Positions 10,250 to 21,400 of a stretch of 64,000 nucleotides of DNA are shown one piece after another. A program made the translations under genes and the position numbers. This DNA comes from Anthoceros angustus (Eukaryota > Plantae > Anthocerotophyta), in NCBI GenBank assembly GCA_010909165.1, contig VJWM01000186.1, forward strand, positions 372,001-436,000, written 5' to 3'. The stretch's first letter is position 1. Each line of letters opens with the position of its first letter. The notes beneath the pieces are model-generated. The model worked only from the letters and a program-made list of their open reading frames with translations, had not been told where the DNA came from and did no database searches.

Positions 10250-13200
10250 CTAGGCAAGGAGGAAGTGTAATCCACCAAGCCCAAGGACTCCAAATGAAAA
10301 CAATGCTTGTTGGTAGGTAAGCTTTTCGTAAGAATATCGTGTATTTAGCTCCGTGGGTATATAATCAATATGAATCACCTTGCGCCCATGTAACGAACAA
10401 AGTGATGTCAATCTCGATATGCTTGGTGCGGGCATGAAACCGAGGATTCCCAACAAGCGCAATAGTGGACATATTATCACAATAAATAGTCGTTGGAGCG
10501 GGTTGTGCAAAGCTCAAGCCAGAGAGGAAAGTCCGCTCCCACTTGGCTTCCTTAGCTGAATCGGTGAGAGCCTTATACTCCGCTTCGGTGGAGGAGAGTG
10601 CTACGGAGGCTTGCTTCTTTGAGCTCCAATTGACCGCAGTGCCGGAAATGAGAAAACAATAAGCTGAGATACTCCTACTGGTCCGGATCTGCCCAATCGG
10701 CATCAAGATACCCTTGAATGATATTAGAATCCTCACTCCATTGTAGCATAACCCATAAGTGGATGTGCCCTTTAAATAGCGAAGGATGCGCTAATGTACC
10801 ATCCAATGATCCCGGCCCGGTTCTCTAAATATTGTGAAACTGAGCTCACGGCGTCAATATCCTACCGTGTCCAAAGATGCTATGTAGTTCAAACACCCAA
10901 CTGCATGACGGTAAGGGACCTGGCTCATAGCTGCTTTTTCCTCATCATCTTGTGGAGATTGCTCTATAGATAGCTTCTGACCTACTGTGCCTGGTGTACT
11001 AACGGGTTTGGCATCCGCTAGGTTGAAGCGACGAAGTGTCTCATTCACATACTTGGTCTGATGAAGAATCAAGGTACGGTTTTCCCTGTCACGCACAAGC
11101 TGAACACCAAGGACAAATGTGAGCTGATCTATGTCTTTCATGTCGTAACGCTTGTGTAGCATACTCTTGACCCATTCCAGAAGTTCTCGATTATTAGAAG
11201 CTAAAATGGCGTCGTCGACATATAGAGCCAAGATCACAATGTGGCCTCCTTTGGTATACATATACACATTGGCGTCAGCTGGATTCTGGACAAAGCCAAT
11301 GGATTTGAGGTATTTATCAATGCATTTATACCACTCCCTTGCGCCCTTAAGCCCAGAGAGTCTTCTTGAGCTTGCACCACCCCGGGTGCTCAGATCCACA
11401 AAGCCCTCGGGCTGATCCATATAGATGTCTTCTTCTAACTCTCCATACAGAAAAGCAGTTGACACGTCCATCTGTTCAAGATCCCAATCACGGGCTGCAG
11501 CAAGGGCCAACATCATCTTGATGGATTGCGTCTTCACAACAGGGCTGAAAGTCTCATTGAAATCAACACCTGCAACTTGAGAGAAGCCACGAGCTACCAA
11601 ACGTGATTTGTAACGTGCTATCTCTCCTTGTGCATTTCATTTGTGCTTGAATACCCACTTGCAGCTCACAGTTTTCCTTCCAGCAGGTAAGGGACAGAGC
11701 TCCCAGGTCTCATTTTTCATCAAAGAGTCATATTCATCCTGGATTGATGGAATCCAGTGATGCTTATCCTTCCCTGTGATTGCCTCTTTATATGTGCGAG
11801 GTTACCGGATGAGAAGTGCCGGATGAAAAGACTTCACCGAGACGTAACGAGGTCGCTCTAAAGTCCTCCGCTCATATGGTTTATATTGCCAATTTTCTCT
11901 AGAAGGACGGAACGGGTAGGGTATCTACGCTCTTCCTCATCCGTTGTGTAGGTAATGGGTCGTGCACTGATCACGGGTTCTGCACTAGGAACGTCTTCAT
12001 CATCGCAGCCGTGGATCGATCTCAATCGATTCTATAGCTACATCCGCCGGCTCTAAATCCTCACGAGCTTCTTCAAAACGTAAAGGAGCGAGGGCGCAGT
12101 GAGTCGAAGTACACTACTTTGCTGCAAATGTGGACTCGTGGTGAGATGGCTGAAAACGGCCGAGGTGATTGTGCACCTTTGTGGAGTTTCCGACTGCGTG
12201 AAATTTGCTGCCGTGCCGATCGAGAAACACTGCCGGATCGCTTGTAGATGCCGTGATCCACCCTCAAGGGCTAGCAGGAAATGTATTGGGAGAACAATCA
12301 CTGCAATTCATACACGGCATCTTGTGGAAAATCCGAAGGAGAATCATCAAAAACAGAGTCATCAGGAGCAGAACCAAAAATGGAGCAGTGGCAGATTGAG
12401 GGCTGGTGATCTCCTTGAAGGTAACGCTCCTGGCAAAAAGAGAAGTTCGTGAAACCGGGTCATAAAGCTTATATGCTTTGATTTCCTCACCATAGCCCAC
12501 AAAAATAAGGGGTCGTGCCCTGTCCTCAAGCTTTTTACGTTGTTCCTCATGTATGTAAGCATATGCTGGAGAACCGAAGACACGTAAGTGGAGCAAGCTA
12601 GGCTTCCTTTGCCAAAGAACTTCGAAAGGAGTTCGATCTAAGACAGCAGCAGTGAGGAGGCGATTCAGATGTAGGTAGCCGTAACCACAGCCTCAGCCCA
12701 ATATGATTTGTGAAGGCCAGACCAAGCTAGCATACTCCGAGTCATATTTAATAAAGTCTGGTTACGGCGCTCTGCAACGCCATTCTGCTGCTGAGTGTAG
12801 GGTATACTAAGCTGCCTTGTGATGCCTTGTGGGGAGAGGTACTCGTCAAACTGGGAGTTCACAAATTCTGTACCATTGTCGTAGCGAAGGCACTTAAGGT
12901 AACCCCCTGTTTGTCGTTGAATCATGGTCAGCCATTCCCGGAAGAAAGAAAAAGTATCGAACTTCTTCTTGATGGATACGCCCGTGAGTAACCCAGTCAT
13001 GTGATGGTCAAGTAATAAAGAGATCCACCCAAGGACGCAACATGAATCTTGCCAGATATGTCGGCATGCACAAGATCAAGGACATGGCTGGTTCTGAAAG
13101 CTGGAGTGTTTGGGAAAGGAAGCTCCTTTTGTTTAGCCAGGACACAAGACTCGCAAAGGGGAAGCTCCTTAAAGCACCTAGGTAAGGGTTCACGATAGCA

Positions 13201-16010
13201 CTCAAGATTTGACATTTTTATGAGCTTGTCTCGGTTAGCATGACCTAGACGAGCATGCCACAGTTGAGCTAGTGAGGCTTGTGATTTTTCCGCTACCCGA
13301 ACACTCTTAGAACGCAACAGATGTCTAACTGTCAGGTCATCCTCAAGAACACCTCGAGCTACGACAATCTGAGAACCTGTCTGAGAAAGCAAGCAGCCAG
13401 CAGAGGTGAAGGTAAGCTGAAAACGACGTAATTTCATGAGCTGACTAACCGACAGAAGGTGCTTGGCCATGTCAGGGACAAAAAGCACGTTGTCGAGTTG
13501 GAGAAGCTCTCCATTTGTCTGCTGGAAACAGCAGGAGCCACGGCCAAGTATCTTCAGACCTGTTCTGGTAAGCTCATCCCCATGCAAAGACACTGCTGGG
13601 ATCTAGATGCCGTGATCCACCAAGGGCTAGCAGGTGGAACAGTATTGGGAGAACAAGCCAATTCATACACGGCATCTTGTGGAAAATCCAAGGAGAATCA
13701 TCAAAAACAGAGTCATCGAGCGTAACCAAAAATGGAGCAAAGGCATTGAGGGTGGTGATCTCCTTGAAGGTAACGCCCGGCAAAAGAGAAGTTCGTGAAA
13801 CCGGTCATAAAGCTTATATGCTTTGGTTTCTTCACCATAGCCTACAAAAATAAGGGGCCGTGCCCTGTCCTCAAGCTTTTTGCATTGTTCCTCATGTATG
13901 TAAGCATATGGAGGAGAACCGAAGACACATAAGTGGAGCAAGCTAGGCTTCCTTTTCCAAAGAACTTCGAAAGGAGTCCGATCTAAGACAACAAGAAGTG
14001 AGGAGGCGATTCAGATGTAGCCGTAACTACGCCTCACCAGATGATTTGTGAAGGCCAGACCAAGCTAGCATACTCCTTGTCATATTTAATAAAGTCTGGT
14101 TACGGCGCTCCGCAACGCCATTCTGCTACTGAGTGTAGGGTATACTAAGCTGCCTTGTAATGCCTTGTGTGGAGAGGTACTCATCAAACTGAGAATTCAC
14201 AAATTCTGTACCATTGTCGGAGCGAAGGCACTTAAGGTAACCCCCTGTTTGTCGTTGAATCATGGTCAGCCATTCCTGGAAGAAAGGAAAAGTATCTGAC
14301 TTCTTCTTCAGTGGATATGTCCAAGAGTAACGGCTGTAGTCGTCAGTGATGGTCAAGTAATAGAGAGAGCCACCCAAAGACGGGACATGAATTTTGCCAG
14401 AGATGTCAGCATGCACAAGGTCGAGGACATGGCTGGTTCTAAAGGCAGGGGTGTTGGGAAAGGGGAGCTCTTTCTGCTTTGCCAAAACACACGACTCGCA
14501 GAGAGAAAGCTCCTTAAAACACCTAGGTAAGGGTTCACGATAGCACTCAAGATTTGACATTTTTATGAGCTTGTCTCGGTTAGCGTGACCTAGACGAGCA
14601 TGCCACAATTGAGCTAGTGAAGCTTGTGTTTTTTCAGCTATCCGAACACTCTTAGCTGGAACGCAGCGTATGTCTAACCTGTACAGGTCATCCTCAAGAA
14701 CACCTCGAGCTACGACAATCTGAGAACCTGTCTGAGAAAGCAAGCAGCCAGCAGAGGTGAAGGTAAGCTGAAAACGACGTAATTTCATGAGCTGACTAAC
14801 CGACAGAAGGTGCTTGGCCATGTCAGGGACATAAAGCACGTTGTCGAGTTGGAGAAGCTCTCCATCTGTCTGCTGGAAGCAGCAAGAGCCACGGCCAAGT
14901 ATCTTCAGACCTGTTCTGGTAAGCTCATCCCCAAGCAGCACACACTCTGTTGTGTAAAGGGGAACAAAATTGCTCAACAAAGAACGATTGTGGCAGATGT
15001 GTGTGGTAGCCCCTGAGTCGAGATACCAAGAGTCACCAGGTTTGGAAGATGCCAAAAGGCATGTTGTCATCACCACAGGTTGTCGATGTGAAGAGCTAGC
15101 CTGAGAAGGCTTATCCTTGGAGACATTATGGGCCTCAGCTTGTTTAGAAGTCTTCTCGGCCTTTTTAGGTTCTCCAGATTTCTTCTTACGGCACTCTCGT
15201 TCCCAGTGGCCTCGGGCACCGCACCAATTACAAGATCCAGCACGCTTTGTAGAGCTAGATTTGTTATCCTTGGCACCGCCAGCTGTGGGAGGACGAGGTC
15301 CTTTGCCGTATTGCTTAGATTTGGAAAATAGCACCTTGTCAGTTTTGGTTCGACCAGAAAAGGTATGTGTTCCTTGTCGGGTTTGTTCTTCTTGGTAAAG
15401 AGCTCCGATTACCTCTGTGAGACTGACGAGGGCTGGTTGTCCTGCAGCTAAGGCTCTACCAGCATCCCTAAGAGTGGCTTGGTAACTAGACACAAAGGGT
15501 TGATAGCTGGGTGGAAGGCTTGTTAAAAGTTGTGCTACAGCATCAAGCTCAGTCATGGTACAGCCAAGGGAAATGAATTGTGACCTGAGCTGTCTGAACT
15601 TGCCTACAAATGTAGCTGCCTTATCACCTTCACGCATGCGAAGAGAGAACAGCTCACTTCGTACAGAACACATGGTGACCATGTTCTTCACGTCATAAGT
15701 GTCACTGAGCTGTTTCCACATTTCCTCAGCACTTGTGAGGTAAGCAATGTCCGGTACAAGCACGTCCCAAACGCTTATGAGGAGAGCGGGCAACATTATT
15801 AGAGTGTGTCCATTTGTCCCGATCATCTTGGCATTATGGCAGGCGAGGAGTGCTCCCACACACCACGTCCCACACATGTCGAGCTTCAAGAGCGCCTCAT
15901 GCGGACACTCCACATAGGATATCGCCCATTGAACCGGTCTCGCTTCTTTAAATCAAGTGTATGTAGGTTGGTGCACAGGAAGCGCGTACATGTGTTGTCC
16001 AAGTCCTCCA
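10250..16010 (-). pseudogene. C1 gag-pol (gag, zinc knuckle, protease, GAG-pre, integrase, RT, RNase H)
   Basis: Gag ORF 14126..15913 contains EMWKQL, CNWCGARGHWERECRK, WYLDSGATTH, LWHARLGH, LVHADISG and LRSDNGTEF. Also QQNGVAERRNQT, RT ORF 10854..11600 (QMDVSTAFL, LYVDD) and RNase H (STEAEY, CDN). Multiple frameshifts. Confidence 0.93.
12225..14930 (-). repeat. ~1.35-kb tandem duplication of the protease-end/GAG-pre/integrase region inside C1
   Basis: LGDELTRTGLKILGRGSCCFQQT...LWHARLGH...LHLxVFGS occurs twice (approx. 12225-13575 and 13580-14930). Confidence 0.9.
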
Positions 16011-16207
16011 AGGCCAGTCAAGGTTCCCGAGGCTTCAGCAAAGGTTGGGCACTTGCCCCGCCCGATGCCGGGTTGTGGAGGTTGCCCAGTCTTTGCTCCA
16101 GCAGCAGGTGTTCAAAAGGTAAGGGTTGTGCGCTAAAACCCTCCGACTCGAGCGGATTTCCGCGCCCAACTCGGCGCAGGCGGAGGAATGGCAGCCCAAC
16201 TCTGTGG

Positions 16208-16830
16208 AGCTCCAAATCCAGCCCCTAGAGGCGAGAGGGTTGAGAAATCCGCACCGAGGGTCCGGAGGAAGAGTTAGCCACCGCTCCTTGAGCTTGCGCT
16301 GATGCAACTTGTTATCGTGCCGCCAAGAGGGCCGGAGAGGTGGTGAAAGTTGTGGCGATGCTGTCAAAGAGGAGGCCGGGCCGCTGCTTTTGGCCATCCA
16401 TCACTCGCCTTGCTCTATGTCCCGGTTTGATGTGGATCCGTGTTGTGGAGGGCCTGTGCGGACATGGTAGTAGGTAGCCGCCATTCTGTGATGCGCCCCG
16501 ACAGCTCAAATCCAGCCCCTAGAGGCGGCAGAAGGTTGAGAAATCCAGACCCTGCCGAGGGTCCGGAGGAAGAGTTAGCCACCGTTCCTTGAGCTTGCGC
16601 TGATGCAGAACTTGTTGGCCGTGCGGCGCCGAAGAGGGCTGGAGAGGTGGTGAAAGTTGTGGCGGACAGTGCCGGGCCGCCGAAGAGGAGGCCAGCGGCG
16701 TTGCTCAGCCCGGTCATCCAGTCTGTACCTCGCCCTTGCTCTATGTCCTGGTTTGATGTGGATCCAGGTGTTGTGGAGGGGCCTGTGCGGACATGGTAGG
16801 TAGGGCTTGTCTGCCATTCGGGATGCGATC
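16208..16830. repeat. ~300-bp tandem duplication in the C1 leader
   Basis: AAATCCAGCCCCTAGAGGCG...GGACATGGTAG unit starts at ~16208 and again at ~16503. Confidence 0.85.
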
Positions 16831-17870
16831 CTCAGAGCCCAAATTGTGTGTGCAGGAGGCGTGGAGAATGGGAAAGGGCGTTTCAGCGGCTATGGAAGAG
16901 GCGTGTGAATATATGCAACCATACGTCGCGGGCTGAGCAGGTGAAGGGGGCCGAGACGGTTACGCAAGGGTAAGCTCGCGTCCCTTCAATTTTCTTTTGC
17001 TCACGTCCCATCGATGCTCGCACATGCCGCCCCGGTGATCTGCGCCTGACAGCTAACCCGAATCCACCCCCTTGCATGCAGTTTGGTGTCGCTTGGCTGC
17101 TATGCCTGCGACGCTTCACAGCTCCCAGTGTTGCAGCAAGGATTTGCTCACGGGAAGCTTGAAGTGGCTAGAGATCTTCAGAAAATTGAAGAGGCTCGGC
17201 CCTTCGATGCTGAATCCAGGCCGAAAGTGTGTCCGAATTGCTTGCATAGGGTTTGCATATCAAACGCAAGCTCTTCCACCATGAGCCTGGGCTTGAGCAA
17301 TTTCCTCCTTGAGCCCAATTAGCCAAAACTTCATCCGCAGTCGTGATTGTTGCTCGCAATGGAAAGGCTCGAGATGCTCGAGAGTGTCTTCAGGTCTGTG
17401 GCGAGGAGATATGTGTGGGTGGAGATGTCTATGTCGCTCACAATACTCGGTGGGTAGTCTTGGATTAAATCGATGATGATGAGGGGTGGGTGCTTCTCAC
17501 GTGTTGTGTTGTTTATTGTTGCAGGAACACGTCCAGCCACCAGTTGTGGCCTTGGAGCCTGGTGAGAGAACTCAACGTTCCTTGAAGCACGGGAACTAGA
17601 TTGCCAGCCAGCTCTGCGCCTCGGCATCTTCAGGGATCTGCAACCCAAGTAGCCAGCTTTGTGCAGCGGAAATTAGTGTAGGAATTTGCTGTACTTTTAA
17701 CTCCTATGTAAGTTGCAGGTGCGAAAGGTGTGTTGTGCACACAACTGAGAAGCCATAGAATTTGTGGCTTCTACGTAGCGTGCCCAATTATACTTCTCGC
17801 GTCTTCTCATCCAAGTTACTAGGAGTAGATTAGCATAAATAATGCTAGGTTGAGCAGCATGATATCACAT

Positions 17871-17882
17871 GCTCTGATAGCA
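17871..17882 (-). promoter_or_regulatory. C1 primer-binding site, tRNA-iMet type (TGCTATCAGAGC, one mismatch)
   Basis: Plus strand GCTCTGATAGCA; the canonical site is TGGTATCAGAGC. Confidence 0.75.
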
Positions 17883-17885
17883 ATT

Positions 17886-18197
17886 TGACGGTTAAGTCAG
17901 AGTATTGCATACAATCCATATTCCATTTTTTGAAATATGGATAATGCAAAATTCTGATTTGACCGTCTTCTAGCAATTACATGTGCATAGTAGTGTAAAA
18001 CTAGAAAGGATCAGAACACATGTGATAATGGCAAGCGTGGCTAGCTAGAGCAGTGAGCGAGAGCAAAACACTTGCACAGAAAAACTTATCAAATAAATGT
18101 GAAAGTGTAGCTTAAATACAATGAATAAATAACTGTTCATATAAAGCTAACCTAACCCTAACTTAAGTAACCAGCAAATGTGGTTATCAATTTAACA
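17886..18197 (-). repeat. C1 5' LTR (up to 312 bp if it extends to the PBS)
   Basis: 18021-18197 matches the 3' LTR. A ...GTCA end at 17886 sits 3 nt before the PBS. Confidence 0.75.
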
Positions 18198-18450
18198 ATA
18201 GGCCGTAATTCTGAGTACCCTTGAGGTACCGCATGATGCGCTTGAGAGCAACCAGTTGATCCCTCCTCGATTCTCCGAGAATTGAGCAACAAAGATTCAC
18301 GGTTTGAGATGTCCGGTCTTCCTCGACACTAAGAACATGAGAGTGCCAACCCCATGCTAGGGCATGCCCATCTCCTTCTTGTCCTCTTCTGCTTGATGGC
18401 AGGAAGCAGATGAGAGCTTGTGGAATGCAAAAGTTTGGGCAACCAGCCCA
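18198..18450 (-). mobile_element. Old copia C0, RT C-terminal portion (right of the C1 insertion)
   Basis: The minus strand reads ...EDKKEMGMP..GVGTLMFL...RPDIS...LVALKRIMRYLKGTQNYGL. Confidence 0.85.
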
Positions 18451-18496
18451 AAAGAGCCGGAGGCAGAACGAATTTGATTTTTTTTAAAAGCGATTG

Positions 18497-21400
18497 AAGA
18501 GGATCATGCGGGGAATTTTCTGGAATCCTTGAAGCTGGAGCTGTAGGATACTGGTAGGAAGACAAAGAGGATATCTCGGGGAAAAGAAACGGGTCAAAAC
18601 GACCCCCAAAGTAGAAGAAAATCCAAGGGGCGGTCAGGCTACCACCGTAGGTCGCCACACCACGCGAGGGTCGAGAGGAAGAGCGCATCTACCGCTGTAG
18701 GTCGCGACTACCGCAGAGGTATCAAGTCTCGCTAAAAAGAGAAATTAGGATAGGAGGATATCCACTATATATGCCTACCAATAGGGAAATAGATAAGTAG
18801 GATTAATTAGAATGTAAATACTTAGGGGTTGCAAATAGGGCAGGGAAATAGGTAATCTAGGCAGGATTAGGTATTTTAGGAGGGTGAATCAAATCTAGGG
18901 TTGAGAGGCTTCCAGGTGGCAGCCATCCAAGGAGGGCAAAGTGCAGTTTGGGCAGCGCCAACTCTCTCTCCGAATTGAGGCATCCTGACTACGCGAAGAG
19001 CTAGAGTTGGACCTGGAGCGTAAGAGGAGAAGAGGACGACTGTCATCGCCATCGCTGATCGGGGCAAGAGGAAGGCGAATTTGTGTCTTGTTGGAAGTTG
19101 GGAGGAAGCCCTAGCTCCAGGCAATCGGTGAAGAAGAGAAGGAAGAAAAGAAGAAGGCGAAGAGGAAAGGAGGAAGGCACCAGGAGGCGTGAAGAGCTCA
19201 TGACACCGCGAGTGTTGAGTCTTTGGGAGGCAGTGGGCGCAAGGCGGGCGCTTGACCAGAGCAACCACGAAATTGAAGGAAGAGTCACGTGAAGGCGCGA
19301 GTAATTGGTGAGAGGCACCTGCGAGGGAGAAGAAGAAGAGAAGAAGGTGGCGGGGAGTAAGCCAGGGCTAACTTCCTAATTGTGTGATTGTTCCCCACCA
19401 AGAGAGTCTCAAGGTGAAACACCGAGAGGGCGAGAGAGAGCTTGCAATTGGGAAGTAACTCCTTTTGAAGCCGCTTGGAGAGTAAGAAGGCGCCATGACT
19501 CGAGCTGCTAAGGGCAAGGGAAGGCGGCGCCCACCAAGGGCTCGTCCTCAGGAGGAGGAAGAGGCAAAAAGCCAGCAGCGGTGGCCGCGCCGCCAGGAGG
19601 AGGCGATTTCGAGATGCCCTATTTCACTTGTTTCGCAGGGCAGCTCAACCCCCGCGATTTGGTGGATTTTAGGCAGTGGGCGGAGATTGGAAGGAGAACA
19701 TCCAATTGGGATGGGTGTATGGCCGCCAGTGGGCCTACACCAATTTGGAGTTGATTGAGGAGTGCTACATCAATCTCCATCAATCAGAGGCAGCCCTTGC
19801 CGCTTTTCCCTGTGATGGATATAGGCCTCATACATTATTGTGCCCCAATCCGGCTTGGCTCCTCGCGAAATCTTCCACAAGAATTGGAGGAAGTTGGTGC
19901 TGAAATAAGAAGTGTGTTGGTAATTCACCAACCCCAGGACAATCTTGGCAAAGAGCCGCCATTTCAGCTCCTTGATGTTGTCCGTCTTCCACCGTTCTTG
20001 GCGTGGGCCTTCACCTCCGGCCCATCATGTCTAAGACCTCGGGATTTCAAAGGGAAATCCTCTTCCTCCATTTGTCCTCTCAAGGAGAGCAATTCTGAGC
20101 TCCTCCTCCTCGGTCTTCCATACACTTGACGAATGCTTGGTCTGCCAGCCGGTGATCACCCAGCATCTCCAGCCAGGCCGAATTCCTTGGATGCAGAGGG
20201 GCACGGCCATGTTACCTCAAAGACCTACTTGGTGCATTTGTGGGAGACTAAGGCTCTTGACCAGTTAAAGAGCTTGAGGATCATGCGAATTTTCCTCGAA
20301 TCCTTGAAGCCGAGTCAGAGGATACCGGTAGGAAGACAAAGAGGATATCTCGGGAAAAGAACGGGTCAAAACGACCCCCAAAGTAGAAGAAAATCCAAGG
20401 GGCGGTCAGGCTACCACCGTAGGTCGCCACACCACGCGAGGGTCGAGAGGAAGAGCGCATCTACCGCTGTAGGTCGCGACTACCGCAGAGGTATCAAGTC
20501 TCGCTAAAAAGAGAAATTAGGATAGGAGGATATCCACTATATATGCCTACCAATAGGGAAATAGATAAGTAGGATTAATTAGAATGTAAATACTTAGGGG
20601 TTGCAAATAGGGCAGGGAAATAGGTAATCTAGGCATGATTAGGTATTTTAGGAGGGTGAATCAAATCTAGGGTTGAGAGGCTCTGTGGCAAACCCATCCA
20701 AGGAGGGCAGTGGGGCTTAGCGCCAACTCTCTCTCAATTGAGGCATCCCCGACTCACGAAGAGCTAGAGTTGGACCTGGAGCGTAAGAGGAGAAGAGGAC
20801 GACTGTCATCGCCATCGTCGTCGGGAGCAAGAGGAAGACAGGCTGTGTGCGCGCTGGAAGTTGGGAGGAAGCCCTAGCTCCAGGCAATCGGTGAAGAAGA
20901 GAAGGAAGAAAAGAAGAAGGCGAAGAGGAAAGGAGGAAGGCACCACGCGCTGGGGAGCGTGAAGAGCTCGCGAAGCACCGCGAGTGTTGAGTGCTGGGAG
21001 GAGCAGTGGGCGCAAAGGCGGCGCTTCAGGCGACTGAGAGCAACCACGAAATTGAAGGAAGAGTCACCAGGAAGGCGCAGGCAATTGGGTAGAGGCACCT
21101 CTGCGAGGGAGAAGAAGAAGAGAAGAAGGTGGCGGGGAGTAAGCCAGGGCTAACTTCCTAATTGTGTGATTGTTCCCCACCAGGAGAGTCTCAAGGTGAA
21201 ACACCGAGAGGGCGAGAGAGAGCTTGCAATTGGGAAGTAACTCCTTTTGAAGCCGCTTGGAGAGTAAGAAGGCGCCATGACTCGAGCTGCTAAGGGCAAG
21301 GGAAGGCGGCGCCCACCAAGGGCCTGCCTCGGAGGAGGAAGAGGCAAAAGCCAGCCACGGTACGCGCCGGCCAGAGGAGGCGATTTCGAGATGCCCTATT

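Larger units (their letters stand above)
10013..18197 (-). mobile_element. Full-length Ty1/copia element C1 (~8.2 kb), frameshifted, inserted into C0
   Basis: Perfect TSD ATAGG at 10008-10012 and 18198-18202; removing C1 restores the C0 peptide YLKGTQNYGL-CYKP...YVDADW. LTR homology spans 10013-10190 and 18021-18197. PPT TAAGGGGGTG abuts the 3' LTR, and a PBS-Met variant lies at 17871-17882. Confidence 0.95.
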
